Source of the DNA: a bacterium
GTDB taxonomy: Bacteria; Patescibacteriota; Saccharimonadia; Saccharimonadales; SZUA-47
Length of the DNA stretch: 64,000 nt
Direction: 5' to 3'
Assembly (NCBI GenBank): GCA_009923445.1
Contig: RFTN01000001.1
Coordinates: 99,975 to 163,974 of the forward strand
Of this stretch, positions 29,821-39,320 are shown one piece after another. The notes beneath the pieces are model-generated. The model saw only the letters and a program-made list of their open reading frames with translations, was not told the origin of the DNA and made no database searches. Position 1 is the first letter of the stretch, and each line of letters opens with the position of its first letter. The position numbers were made by a program, and so were the translations under genes.

Positions 29821-31431
29821 ATGGCAAAACAAACAATATATGTTGACCAAGACGATGAAATAACAGCCGTTATTGGTAAAATCAAGCAAAGCACAAACAA
29901 AGTAATTGCCGTTGTACTACCTGCTCATACAGGTGTTTTTACTAGCACCATTAACTTAAAGCTTATAAAAAAAGCTGAAGACACATACAAAAAAAGTATT
30001 GTGTTAATAACTAGTAGCCCAGCTATTGTAGCTGCTGCAGGTGCCGCAGGTTTGCATACTGCCAAAAACTTAACATCAAAGCCCGTATTACATAAAGCTA
30101 CGTCACCGCTGCTTACTGTAGTTGCGTCAGTCGACCTTGAAGAACCAGGCGATACACCTCCAGATACCGATAAAGTAGGTGTAAATGACAATGATGTCAT
30201 TCAACTAGACAACACCGTTAAAGAACCCAAACAAAAGGGTGATTCATTCAACAAAAAGCTTAAAGTTCCCAACTTTAATAGCTTTAGACTAAAAGTAGTT
30301 TTAGGCTCATCTTTACTAGTTGTGGTAGTAGTTTTTTGGATTTTTGCTGCATTTGTCTTACCAAAAGCAACAATTACGCTTAAAACAGACGTGTCTAGTA
30401 TAGACTCAGTTTTGCAGCTGCAAGCCACTACAAACGTAAAAGATTTTGATGCGTCGAAACCTATTTTGCCAGCAACTATACAAGAGACTAAAAAAAGTGA
30501 CACCGAAAAAGTCGCTGCAACGGGTAAAAAAGATATTGGCACAAAAGCTACAGGAGATATGACTCTTGTCAATTGCACTGATGTATCTGTGTTAGTACCC
30601 GCCGGCACTTCATTTACTAACAGCGGGTACTCTTTTGCGTTAGACGAAAGTATTACAGTACCGGGAAGCGATTTTTTTAGTAACGGAAACTGTAAAAAGA
30701 ATGGTAAAGCAATAAGCACTGTGACTGCACAAAAAGCTGGAGGAGAAAGTAACTTAACTGCAGGTCGCGATTATGTATCTTCATTTGCAACAACTATAAC
30801 AGGCGTAGGCGGTGCAATGGGTGGTGGCACAAGCAAATTAGTAACTGTAGTAAGCGAAGAAGATATAACGGCAGCAAAAGCAAAGCTTGCTGGTAAATCA
30901 AAAACGGCTGCACAAAGTGAGCTCATAACAATGCTAGAACAATCCGGGCTGTTTGCGTTAACCGAAACCTTAAGCGAAGGCACGCCAAAAATTACTACAA
31001 GCGCAGAAGTTGACGCCGAAGTTGCAGATGTAGTGGTGACACAAGAAACCACCTATACAATGTTAGCTGTATCAAAAACAGATATTCAAAATCTTTTAGA
31101 AGCCGATATAAAATCAAAAATATCAGACAATAAACTTAAAATTCTAAATAACGGATTAGATAAAAAACAGATTCTAATAACAGAAAAAAAATCTCCAAGT
31201 GACCAAAAGCTACAAATTACAGCTATTGCTACTGTTGGTCCAGACATAGATACATCAGGAATAGCTAACGAAGTAGTTGGCATGAGCCGTGGCGATATTC
31301 AAGCGCTTCTTTTGCAGCGTTCTGGTGTTAAAGATGTTGTTGTTCGCTACGATCCTTTTTGGGTGACAAAAACTCCAAAAAAAGCATCTAAAATAAATGT
31401 TGTTGTCGAGCAGGTTAATGCAAAACAATAA
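29821..31431 (+). CDS. Bitopic membrane protein with a large extracytoplasmic beta-rich domain
   Basis: 536 aa. It has a cytoplasmic N-domain, one TM (VVLGSSLLVVVVVFWIFAAFVL), then segments reminiscent of baseplate-J/gp47-type motifs (VPAGTSFTN..YSF, TAQKAGGESNLTAG). Confidence 0.6.
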   Translation: MAKQTIYVDQDDEITAVIGKIKQSTNKVIAVVLPAHTGVFTSTINLKLIKKAEDTYKKSIVLITSSPAIVAAAGAAGLHTAKNLTSKPVLHKATSPLLTVVASVDLEEPGDTPPDTDKVGVNDNDVIQLDNTVKEPKQKGDSFNKKLKVPNFNSFRLKVVLGSSLLVVVVVFWIFAAFVLPKATITLKTDVSSIDSVLQLQATTNVKDFDASKPILPATIQETKKSDTEKVAATGKKDIGTKATGDMTLVNCTDVSVLVPAGTSFTNSGYSFALDESITVPGSDFFSNGNCKKNGKAISTVTAQKAGGESNLTAGRDYVSSFATTITGVGGAMGGGTSKLVTVVSEEDITAAKAKLAGKSKTAAQSELITMLEQSGLFALTETLSEGTPKITTSAEVDAEVADVVVTQETTYTMLAVSKTDIQNLLEADIKSKISDNKLKILNNGLDKKQILITEKKSPSDQKLQITAIATVGPDIDTSGIANEVVGMSRGDIQALLLQRSGVKDVVVRYDPFWVTKTPKKASKINVVVEQVNAKQ

Positions 31432-31849
31432 AATAGGTAATATACTGGCACTCGACATTGGCGATGCGCGCATAGGTATTGCAATTGGCCACACAATTGC
31501 CAGGCTGCCACACCCGCTCGGCGTCATACCGGCGCAACCAATTTCCGATGCTATTGTAGCTATACGCTACACCATAACAGCTCAGCAAGAAGTGATAAGC
31601 ATAGTAATTGGCACACCGCTAAACGAAAATGGCGAGCAAACTGCACAAGCAAAAAAAATCGAAGCATTTGTAAGTACTTTAAAAAAAGATATATCTCTGC
31701 CAATCGTGTACGTAGACGAGTCGTTTAGCTCGGTAGACGCAGACGCATACATAGCACAGCACAAACTCTCTACTAAGCACAATGACTCAATAGCTGCGTG
31801 TATGGTACTACAGCGCTATTTTGATATGCAGGAGAACGCGTATGTATAA
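31418..31849 (+). CDS. ruvX: Holliday junction resolvase-like nuclease RuvX (YqgF)
   Basis: ILALDIGDARIGIAIG lies at the N-terminus. The start is taken at the internal ATG 31418; the ORF track starts at 31397. Confidence 0.85.
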   Translation: MQNNKIGNILALDIGDARIGIAIGHTIARLPHPLGVIPAQPISDAIVAIRYTITAQQEVISIVIGTPLNENGEQTAQAKKIEAFVSTLKKDISLPIVYVDESFSSVDADAYIAQHKLSTKHNDSIAACMVLQRYFDMQENAYV

Positions 31850-32891
31850 AGTAAAAAAACGGAGTAAAAAAACAATATTATTAGTGGTTTGTCTGCTTGT
31901 GCTAACAGCAGCTATACTAGCTACTATTTTTATTCGCACAACGTATCAGAATAATTTAAAGCCGGTTTCGGCCGATACGCAAAGCGTAATCATAACCGTG
32001 GCACCTGGCAGTAGTGTTGCCGCGGTTGCGCGTGTTCTTGAGCAGCGCGGGTTAATACGCAGTGCCAATGCTTTTGAATGGTATGTACGCACACGCAACG
32101 TTCGAGATAAGCTTCAAGCAGGTAGTTATGCAATTACACCAGCTGACGGTATTGAAAAAATCGTAGCATTAATTATTAACGGCAAAGTAGCAACAGATCT
32201 GTTTACTATATTGCCTGCGCAGCGGCTCGATCAAATACAAGCCTCTTTTGTAGCGTCATTTGCTCAGTTTGGCGTAGGTAAAGACGTGGTAAATAAGGCT
32301 TTTGACCCAGCACAGTATGCTACACACCCGGCTCTCACAGACAAGCCCGCCGGCGCAAGCCTAGAAGGCTATTTATACCCAGAGAGTTTTCAGCGTACGG
32401 CAACTACCTCACCGCAAGTAATAATTAATTCATCGCTTGACCAAATGGCACTTGCGCTTACACCAGATGTGCGTGCGGGTATTGCTAAGCAGGGCTTAAC
32501 GGTGCACGAAGGTGTTATTATAGCTTCAATTGTTGAAAAAGAAGTAACGAACGAAACTGATAAAAAAAAGGCAGCTCAGGTATTTTTAAAACGCTATAGA
32601 CAGAGTATGCAGCTAGGTTCTGATGTAACCGCTTACTATGGCGCAGAGGTAGCAGGTTTAGAGCGATCGGTCTTTACAGACACCCCTTACAACACGCGGC
32701 TCTATAAAGGTTTACCACCGGGGCCAATTAGTAATGTAACCTCAAGTTCACTTAATGCTGTCGCAAATCCTGCCACAACAGATTATTTGTATTTTGTTTC
32801 TGGTGACGATGGAGTGACTTACTTTTCAAATACGTTAAAAGAACACGAAGCGGCAACAGCCCAGCACTGCAAAAAATTGTGCCTCGAATAG
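31842..32891 (+). CDS. mltG: Endolytic murein transglycosylase MltG (YceG-like)
   Basis: It has an N-terminal TM, and YNTRLYKGLPPGPISN is the family signature. The start is taken at MYKVKK; the ORF track starts at 31821. Confidence 0.9.
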   Translation: MYKVKKRSKKTILLVVCLLVLTAAILATIFIRTTYQNNLKPVSADTQSVIITVAPGSSVAAVARVLEQRGLIRSANAFEWYVRTRNVRDKLQAGSYAITPADGIEKIVALIINGKVATDLFTILPAQRLDQIQASFVASFAQFGVGKDVVNKAFDPAQYATHPALTDKPAGASLEGYLYPESFQRTATTSPQVIINSSLDQMALALTPDVRAGIAKQGLTVHEGVIIASIVEKEVTNETDKKKAAQVFLKRYRQSMQLGSDVTAYYGAEVAGLERSVFTDTPYNTRLYKGLPPGPISNVTSSSLNAVANPATTDYLYFVSGDDGVTYFSNTLKEHEAATAQHCKKLCLE

Positions 32892-32901
32892 GGCTAGCGT
32901 A

Positions 32902-32931
32902 TTGACCAACATCACTATAAATTGGTATAAT
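32902..32931 (+). promoter_or_regulatory. Putative promoter of the LysM/CHAP hydrolase gene
   Basis: TTGACC, 18 nt, TATAAT. A GGTCGC-TTA-GCGACC hairpin and an AGGAG SD lie downstream. Confidence 0.5.
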
Positions 32932-33004
32932 TTTATCCAAGTAATTACATGTTTTTATAGTCGATTACAGATATAGGGTCGCTTAGCGACCACAGGAGTA
33001 GTTT

Positions 33005-34156
33005 ATTCGTAACCAACAATCTATAAAAAGCGTCTCTATTGTCGCTAAAAGTTATAATGTTGTAGGTAATAAAGTTGCCGACACTGGCAAAAAAGCAAGG
33101 CGCCGTTTTCAAAAGCGCTATATTCGTAATACCCTTGTACTATTAAATACCGTAGTGCTTATTGCGGTTATATTGCTGGTGATCAAAAACCCTACTAGTA
33201 GCAGTGTAATTAAACAGACTTCAGCTAATCAGCAGCAAAATGCAATCGTAAGCAACCCGCTTGACGAGCTATCGAGTGCAGATATTGCCGTTCAGGTAGC
33301 ACGCCTCGCCCGTATTGCCGAAACAACATCTGTAAAAAACAATGCCGACAGCCAAAACGAACAATTAGCATTGGTTGTATCTGGGTCACAAAGTATAACA
33401 AAACCACAGATTGTATCTACTGCGCTAAAGTCTAAAAAAGACATTAAGACATACGTAACCAAGCAGGGTGACACTGTGTCTGCGCTCGCGGCAGCTTATG
33501 GGGTAACCAGCGATAGCATTAAATGGTCGAATGGACTTACCGCTGATACTTTAGCTGCAGATAAAACACTTTATATTCCCCCAGTAACGGGTATTGCATA
33601 CGAGGTAAAAACTGGTGACACTGTTGATTCGGTAACAAGTAAATACCGCGCAATTAAAGATCAAGTTGTTGCCGATAACGATGCCGAGGTGGCTGGAATT
33701 AAAGTGGGCGAGCGCATTTTAATCAGAGACGGCAGTGTGCCGCCGCCAGTAGTTGTGTACACAGCAACCGCCGGTTTTGCTTGGGGAGGTGTAAACCCCA
33801 TATACGGCTCTAATGGCTACGATTACGGCTGGTGTACATGGTATGCGGCGGTTCGGCGTGCCGAATTAGGAAACCCCGTACCAAGCAACCTTGGTAATGC
33901 GTATAGTTGGTATAGGTTGGCGCAGCGTGCTGGTATTCCTACAGGCCTAACTCCAACAGTTGGCGCAGTTGCAGTCAACGAAGGAAACAACCACGTATCT
34001 GTCGTAGAGGCTGTAAACGAAGATGGTAGCTTTTGGATATCAGAAATGAACTCGAGTGGCCAAGTTAGTATGACTGACTCGACACCAAGAGGTGGCTGGA
34101 ATAAAAAAGACTATAAGCTATTGTCTGGTCCAGGTAATTTAAAGTTTGTCTACTAG
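33005..34156 (+). CDS. Membrane-anchored LysM-LysM-CHAP peptidoglycan hydrolase (probable ATT start)
   Basis: Two LysM repeats (YVTKQGDTVSALAAAYGV; YEVKTGDTVDSVTSKY) and CHAP motifs (GWCTWYAAVRR, NHVSVVEAV). The frame is open from 33002. The 3' end is secure; the 5' end is inferred (the track gives GTG 33155). Confidence 0.8.
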   Translation: MRNQQSIKSVSIVAKSYNVVGNKVADTGKKARRRFQKRYIRNTLVLLNTVVLIAVILLVIKNPTSSSVIKQTSANQQQNAIVSNPLDELSSADIAVQVARLARIAETTSVKNNADSQNEQLALVVSGSQSITKPQIVSTALKSKKDIKTYVTKQGDTVSALAAAYGVTSDSIKWSNGLTADTLAADKTLYIPPVTGIAYEVKTGDTVDSVTSKYRAIKDQVVADNDAEVAGIKVGERILIRDGSVPPPVVVYTATAGFAWGGVNPIYGSNGYDYGWCTWYAAVRRAELGNPVPSNLGNAYSWYRLAQRAGIPTGLTPTVGAVAVNEGNNHVSVVEAVNEDGSFWISEMNSSGQVSMTDSTPRGGWNKKDYKLLSGPGNLKFVY

Positions 34157-34350
34157 TCGCGGTTTGTTATCTTGGTACACTTTAGGCGCATGCTTGCGCC
34201 TTGCTACTCAACGCACCGTTAGTGCGCTTGCGGTTGCAATGCTCGTATGCATCCCAAATTGCACTCAGGCTAACAAGCCCTCATTAAATTGAATCTCACG
34301 TAGAATAAGCGTAAGCAATAGTATTCTACCTCTATAAATTGTATAATTAA

Positions 34351-35619
<1,269 letters not shown>

Positions 35620-35622
35620 GTA

Positions 35623-37047
35623 ATGTCTAATAACGACCTGCTAAAACAGCGCATTAAAAAGCTAAACACAAAAGCTGCTAATGGCGCTTGCGTGCTGTAC
35701 GTAATGAGCCGTGACCAGCGTGTGCAAGACAACCACGCGCTGTTGGCTGCTCAAAAACACGCACTCGCTAAAAAACTGCCCTTGGCGGTCGTGTTTTGTT
35801 TGCTACCCAAAACCGGTAATAGGGCCCGCGAGCATTATGAATTTATGCTTACAGGCCTACAAGAAGTCGAGCATTCATTACAAAAACTCAGTATACCGCT
35901 TATGCTGCTTATTGGTGAGCCTAAGCAAAACCTGCAAGCAGTACTGCACCACACAAACCCAGATGCAATTTACTTTGACTTTAACCCACTTAGGGGCCCA
36001 CAAAAGCTGCAAAACTCAATTGCCAACGCTGCGGAATGTGCGGTTTACGTTGTAGACACACATAACGTTGTGCCGGTATGGGTAACAAGCCCCAAAAAAG
36101 AAGTAGGCGCCTATACGCTGAGGCCCAAAATTCACAAACTACTGGGCACGTACTTAGTTGACATAGAGCCAGCGGTCAAACACCCCCATAAGTGGCCGGG
36201 GCATGTTGAGCCTATAAAAACGCTGTTACCACATATACACAAGCTAACAAATGCAATTGCCAGCAACGGCACAACACTGGTTTTTAAAAGTGGCGAATCG
36301 CACGCCCACACTCTGCTAGAACATTTTATAGCCACAAAGCTGCAAACCTATGCGGTTGACCGTAATGACCCAAGCAAGGGGAGTCAGTCTGATCTAAGCC
36401 CGTACCTACATTTTGGCCAAATTTCTAGTTTGCGGGTCGCCCTGCGCCTACGTCAAGTTGCACTGCAAAATGGCAGCGACCTGCACTTTTTATCTAGCCC
36501 TAAAATGCCAAAACCCGAAGATGCTAAAAACACCTTGCAGCACGGCATAGACTCACTTATAGAAGAAATGATAGTGCGCAAAGAACTCGCCGATAACTAC
36601 TGTTATTACGAACCCAATTACGACAATATACTAGCTGCACCAAACTGGGCAAAAACTTCGCTAGATGCCCACAAACAAGACCCAAGGGAATTTTTGTATA
36701 CCTATAGCCAGCTACAAAGCGCCAATACGCACGACCCAGCCTGGAACGCGGCTCAGCGCCAATTAACAACCAGCGGTAAAATGCACGGTTACATGCGTAT
36801 GTATTGGGCTAAAAAGGTGCTCGAGTGGACCGACAGCCCCGAACAAGCAATAGAGTTTTTAATAAAACTAAACGATTTTTACAGCATAGACGGCGGCGAT
36901 CCAAACGGCTACGCCGGCATACTTTGGAGCGTTGCCGGCGTGCATGACAGGCCGTGGTTTGATAGGCCTGTATTTGGCGTTATTCGCTACATGAACTACG
37001 AAGGCCTAAAGCGCAAGTTTGATATAGACCCGTATGTTAATAGCTAA
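35623..37047 (+). CDS. phr: Class II CPD photolyase
   Basis: 474 aa. It aligns by eye to class II photolyases (SRDQRVQDNHAL, LSPYLHFGQIS, GKMHGYMRMYWAKK, DPNGYAGILWSVAGVHDRPW). Confidence 0.9.
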   Translation: MSNNDLLKQRIKKLNTKAANGACVLYVMSRDQRVQDNHALLAAQKHALAKKLPLAVVFCLLPKTGNRAREHYEFMLTGLQEVEHSLQKLSIPLMLLIGEPKQNLQAVLHHTNPDAIYFDFNPLRGPQKLQNSIANAAECAVYVVDTHNVVPVWVTSPKKEVGAYTLRPKIHKLLGTYLVDIEPAVKHPHKWPGHVEPIKTLLPHIHKLTNAIASNGTTLVFKSGESHAHTLLEHFIATKLQTYAVDRNDPSKGSQSDLSPYLHFGQISSLRVALRLRQVALQNGSDLHFLSSPKMPKPEDAKNTLQHGIDSLIEEMIVRKELADNYCYYEPNYDNILAAPNWAKTSLDAHKQDPREFLYTYSQLQSANTHDPAWNAAQRQLTTSGKMHGYMRMYWAKKVLEWTDSPEQAIEFLIKLNDFYSIDGGDPNGYAGILWSVAGVHDRPWFDRPVFGVIRYMNYEGLKRKFDIDPYVNS

Positions 37048-37178
37048 CAATTTGCCATAGAGCTGAAGGAATTAAATGCATCACCCCCACCGCCTCGACC
37101 TGATAAACCCATTTGCACTAAAGTGCGTACATTTTGTTTTACTTTACTTTTCACTAATTTAATTTATTAAAATTACTT

Positions 37179-37676
37179 TTAACAGGTTGGTAGTGTGGAT
37201 ACGTAAAGCGTAGTAGGTATGAATGTGTAATACCCATTATTTCCACCAGCATGTGGTTGTAGGGTCACCTTATCATTAAGCGTCATAGATCTAGTGTATA
37301 CAGTTGTTTTAAATGCATTTAATGGCAATAAACTTTTGTTGGCAAAATCAAATATAACTGCTCCGTTAGACTCTGATAAAAATTTTACTTGATAATACCG
37401 TTTATTGTCTTTTATATCATATGCAGATGGTCTACATGCCTTAACTCTAACGTTTGTATTTTTACCTTTATACTCACCTACTAATGGATACCCAGCTGCC
37501 TTAGCCTTTACACTATTTTTGTTGTTATACACCCTATATCCTGCAAAGCCTATAGCACTAAGTACCACTACACCAACAAGCAATAATGCTAAGTGGTGTA
37601 CAATACCATCTTGATTCTTTTTCATAGTATCCTTTTTTATTGTTTTTTGTTTATATTCAGCTCTAGTTACGAACAT
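37179..37676 (-). CDS. Membrane-anchored hypothetical exported protein
   Basis: 165-aa ORF with one TM (LALLLVGVVVLSAIGFAGY). The true start may be the internal Met at 37625. Confidence 0.55.
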   Translation of the reverse strand: MFVTRAEYKQKTIKKDTMKKNQDGIVHHLALLLVGVVVLSAIGFAGYRVYNNKNSVKAKAAGYPLVGEYKGKNTNVRVKACRPSAYDIKDNKRYYQVKFLSESNGAVIFDFANKSLLPLNAFKTTVYTRSMTLNDKVTLQPHAGGNNGYYTFIPTTLYVSTLPTC

Positions 37677-37752
37677 ACCATTGCGGGGGGGCTGTCAATA
37701 GCCATAAGCAGCTAGATTTATTACAGAGTTTTATAGTAAGGTAGTACTAGTT

Positions 37753-39249
37753 ATGAAAATACCCAAACTACTTGTGCTTAGCATAATTGTTACGCTCTTA
37801 TCTGTAGCTACAATAAGCCGACCCACTATGGCACAACAGTTTACCCAATGCGGCGGCGACAGCCCGGCAAGTGCGCTTACACCTATACAACAAGGCACAT
37901 TCGACATATATGTAAAACTCGGCACCAAAGAAGTTAGCGAACAAGCAGTTTTAAGTACGCAGAGCCTTGACGCCATAGGCCAGTCAGAATCGTGCATACA
38001 ACTTGCTAGCGCTAAAGTAAACGGAACAACATTTACCAAAGTAGCTTCAAACGTACCGTTTGCTGGTGGTACGTATCAGCTATATTTAGGTTCGGCCAGT
38101 TCGACCGGTATGCAGTCGGCCTCGTCACCACAAGTTATTTTAACTGATCCCAATACTGACCTTTGTCAGCTAGCTGCTGACTGTAAAACGCAGTTTCAGG
38201 GTAAACCAATGGTATTGTCGCCTAAAAAAATATCTCAAAAAAGTGATGCTTTGCGCGTAGGCTATTTGGTGGCGCCCGACCAAACAAAGGTGCAAAAAGT
38301 AATATACAGCGTTGACGGTAAGCCGGTCTACGAAAAAAAGACTCTGCAAGATTTTGATACACGCTATGTTAGTGGCGGAGATCACACACTTACGCGCAGA
38401 GTAGTGTTTACAAATGGTTCGAGTTTGAGCGATACGGCACCCATAGAGCGGGGTACCATAGCCGACATACCCTATACGGTTCAGGCTATATTTTTGACTC
38501 AATCTAATACCATACGTTTTATTGTGTATGCTATTTTAGCACTTATAGTGTGGTCGTTTTGCTTGGCGGTTTTAAAAGCGGTTCACCGCAAACGCATCTG
38601 GAAACAAACACATATTGCAACCGCAAGTGTTACGAGCGTAGACAGCTCTAAGGCTGGTGCGCAGGCCACATTTTATGACGAATCTATACCAATGACCTTG
38701 TTTAGGTACAGGGTTTTGCTACTAGGGCTACTACTTTTGGCGAGCGGTGCACTGGTTGTGACAACCTTTATTGTGGGCGTATTTACTGTTGACGGGGTTA
38801 GTATGTATCCAACACTGCAAGATACATCGGTTCACCCACTGGTTAAGGCACAAAAAACATTATCGCAAGTAAACCGCAACGAATATATGCCACCAAGGGG
38901 TGCAATTGTAGTTGTGCAAAAAGAAGAAAATAATTTATTTGACCCAACAGCCGTACCTGTAAAAGAGTATGTAGTAAAGCGAGTAGTTGGCTTGCCAGGC
39001 GAGCGGGTAACTGTTAAAGACGGTATTATTACTGTTTATAATGACCAATATAAACAAGGTTTTGTGCCTGACGACACATTTAAATGGGTAGCTGACACAA
39101 CTGGTTCGGAATATTTTAGTATAGACATTACGCTAAAAGACAGCGAGCTGTTTGTTGTTGGCGATAACCGCGACGAATCGATCGATTCACGCTTTTATGG
39201 CCCGGTAGATGCTAGCCAAGTGGTTGGGCGAGTTATAAACAAAATTTGA
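37753..39249 (+). CDS. lepB: Signal peptidase I with a long N-terminal exported extension
   Basis: 498 aa. The C-terminal S26 motifs are GVSMYPTL, KRVVGLPGE and GDNRDESIDSRFYGPV. The N-terminus has a signal peptide, a ~230-aa domain and two TMs. Confidence 0.85.
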   Translation: MKIPKLLVLSIIVTLLSVATISRPTMAQQFTQCGGDSPASALTPIQQGTFDIYVKLGTKEVSEQAVLSTQSLDAIGQSESCIQLASAKVNGTTFTKVASNVPFAGGTYQLYLGSASSTGMQSASSPQVILTDPNTDLCQLAADCKTQFQGKPMVLSPKKISQKSDALRVGYLVAPDQTKVQKVIYSVDGKPVYEKKTLQDFDTRYVSGGDHTLTRRVVFTNGSSLSDTAPIERGTIADIPYTVQAIFLTQSNTIRFIVYAILALIVWSFCLAVLKAVHRKRIWKQTHIATASVTSVDSSKAGAQATFYDESIPMTLFRYRVLLLGLLLLASGALVVTTFIVGVFTVDGVSMYPTLQDTSVHPLVKAQKTLSQVNRNEYMPPRGAIVVVQKEENNLFDPTAVPVKEYVVKRVVGLPGERVTVKDGIITVYNDQYKQGFVPDDTFKWVADTTGSEYFSIDITLKDSELFVVGDNRDESIDSRFYGPVDASQVVGRVINKI

Positions 39250-39320
39250 TTTTATAAACGAACTAGTATATTTTAAGCGTAAGTGTATTCATTTATCGCA
39301 TAGAAAATAAAAGGAAATAA

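Noticed and set aside
29119-29889. Long antisense ORFs opposite conserved genes: 256 aa at 29119-29889, 172 aa at 30201-30719, 179 aa at 54015-54554, 161 aa at 8536-9021, 152 aa at 60593-61051, and 126 aa at 46504-46884.
   Set aside because: Each lies entirely inside a well-supported gene on the other strand (ftsA-like, metG, uvrC, IMPase, uvrA and others). Their compositions are low-complexity, Ser/Cys/Pro-rich, and typical of antisense frames, and none has a recognisable motif.
34184-34226. Two GC-rich hairpins (AGGCGCA-TGCT-TGCGCCT and CGCAC-CGTTA-GTGCG) between the CHAP hydrolase and obg, considered as REP-like repeats.
   Set aside because: No other copies were seen in the window and there is no T-tract. 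They are most simply a weak terminator or mRNA-stabilising structure.
35711-36055. Nested same-strand ORFs, such as 114 aa inside the photolyase gene, 79 aa at 19976-20215, and 81 aa at 8723-8968.
   Set aside because: They are out-of-frame overlaps within genes that have strong homology-style support. Their composition is Cys/Leu-rich and low-complexity.
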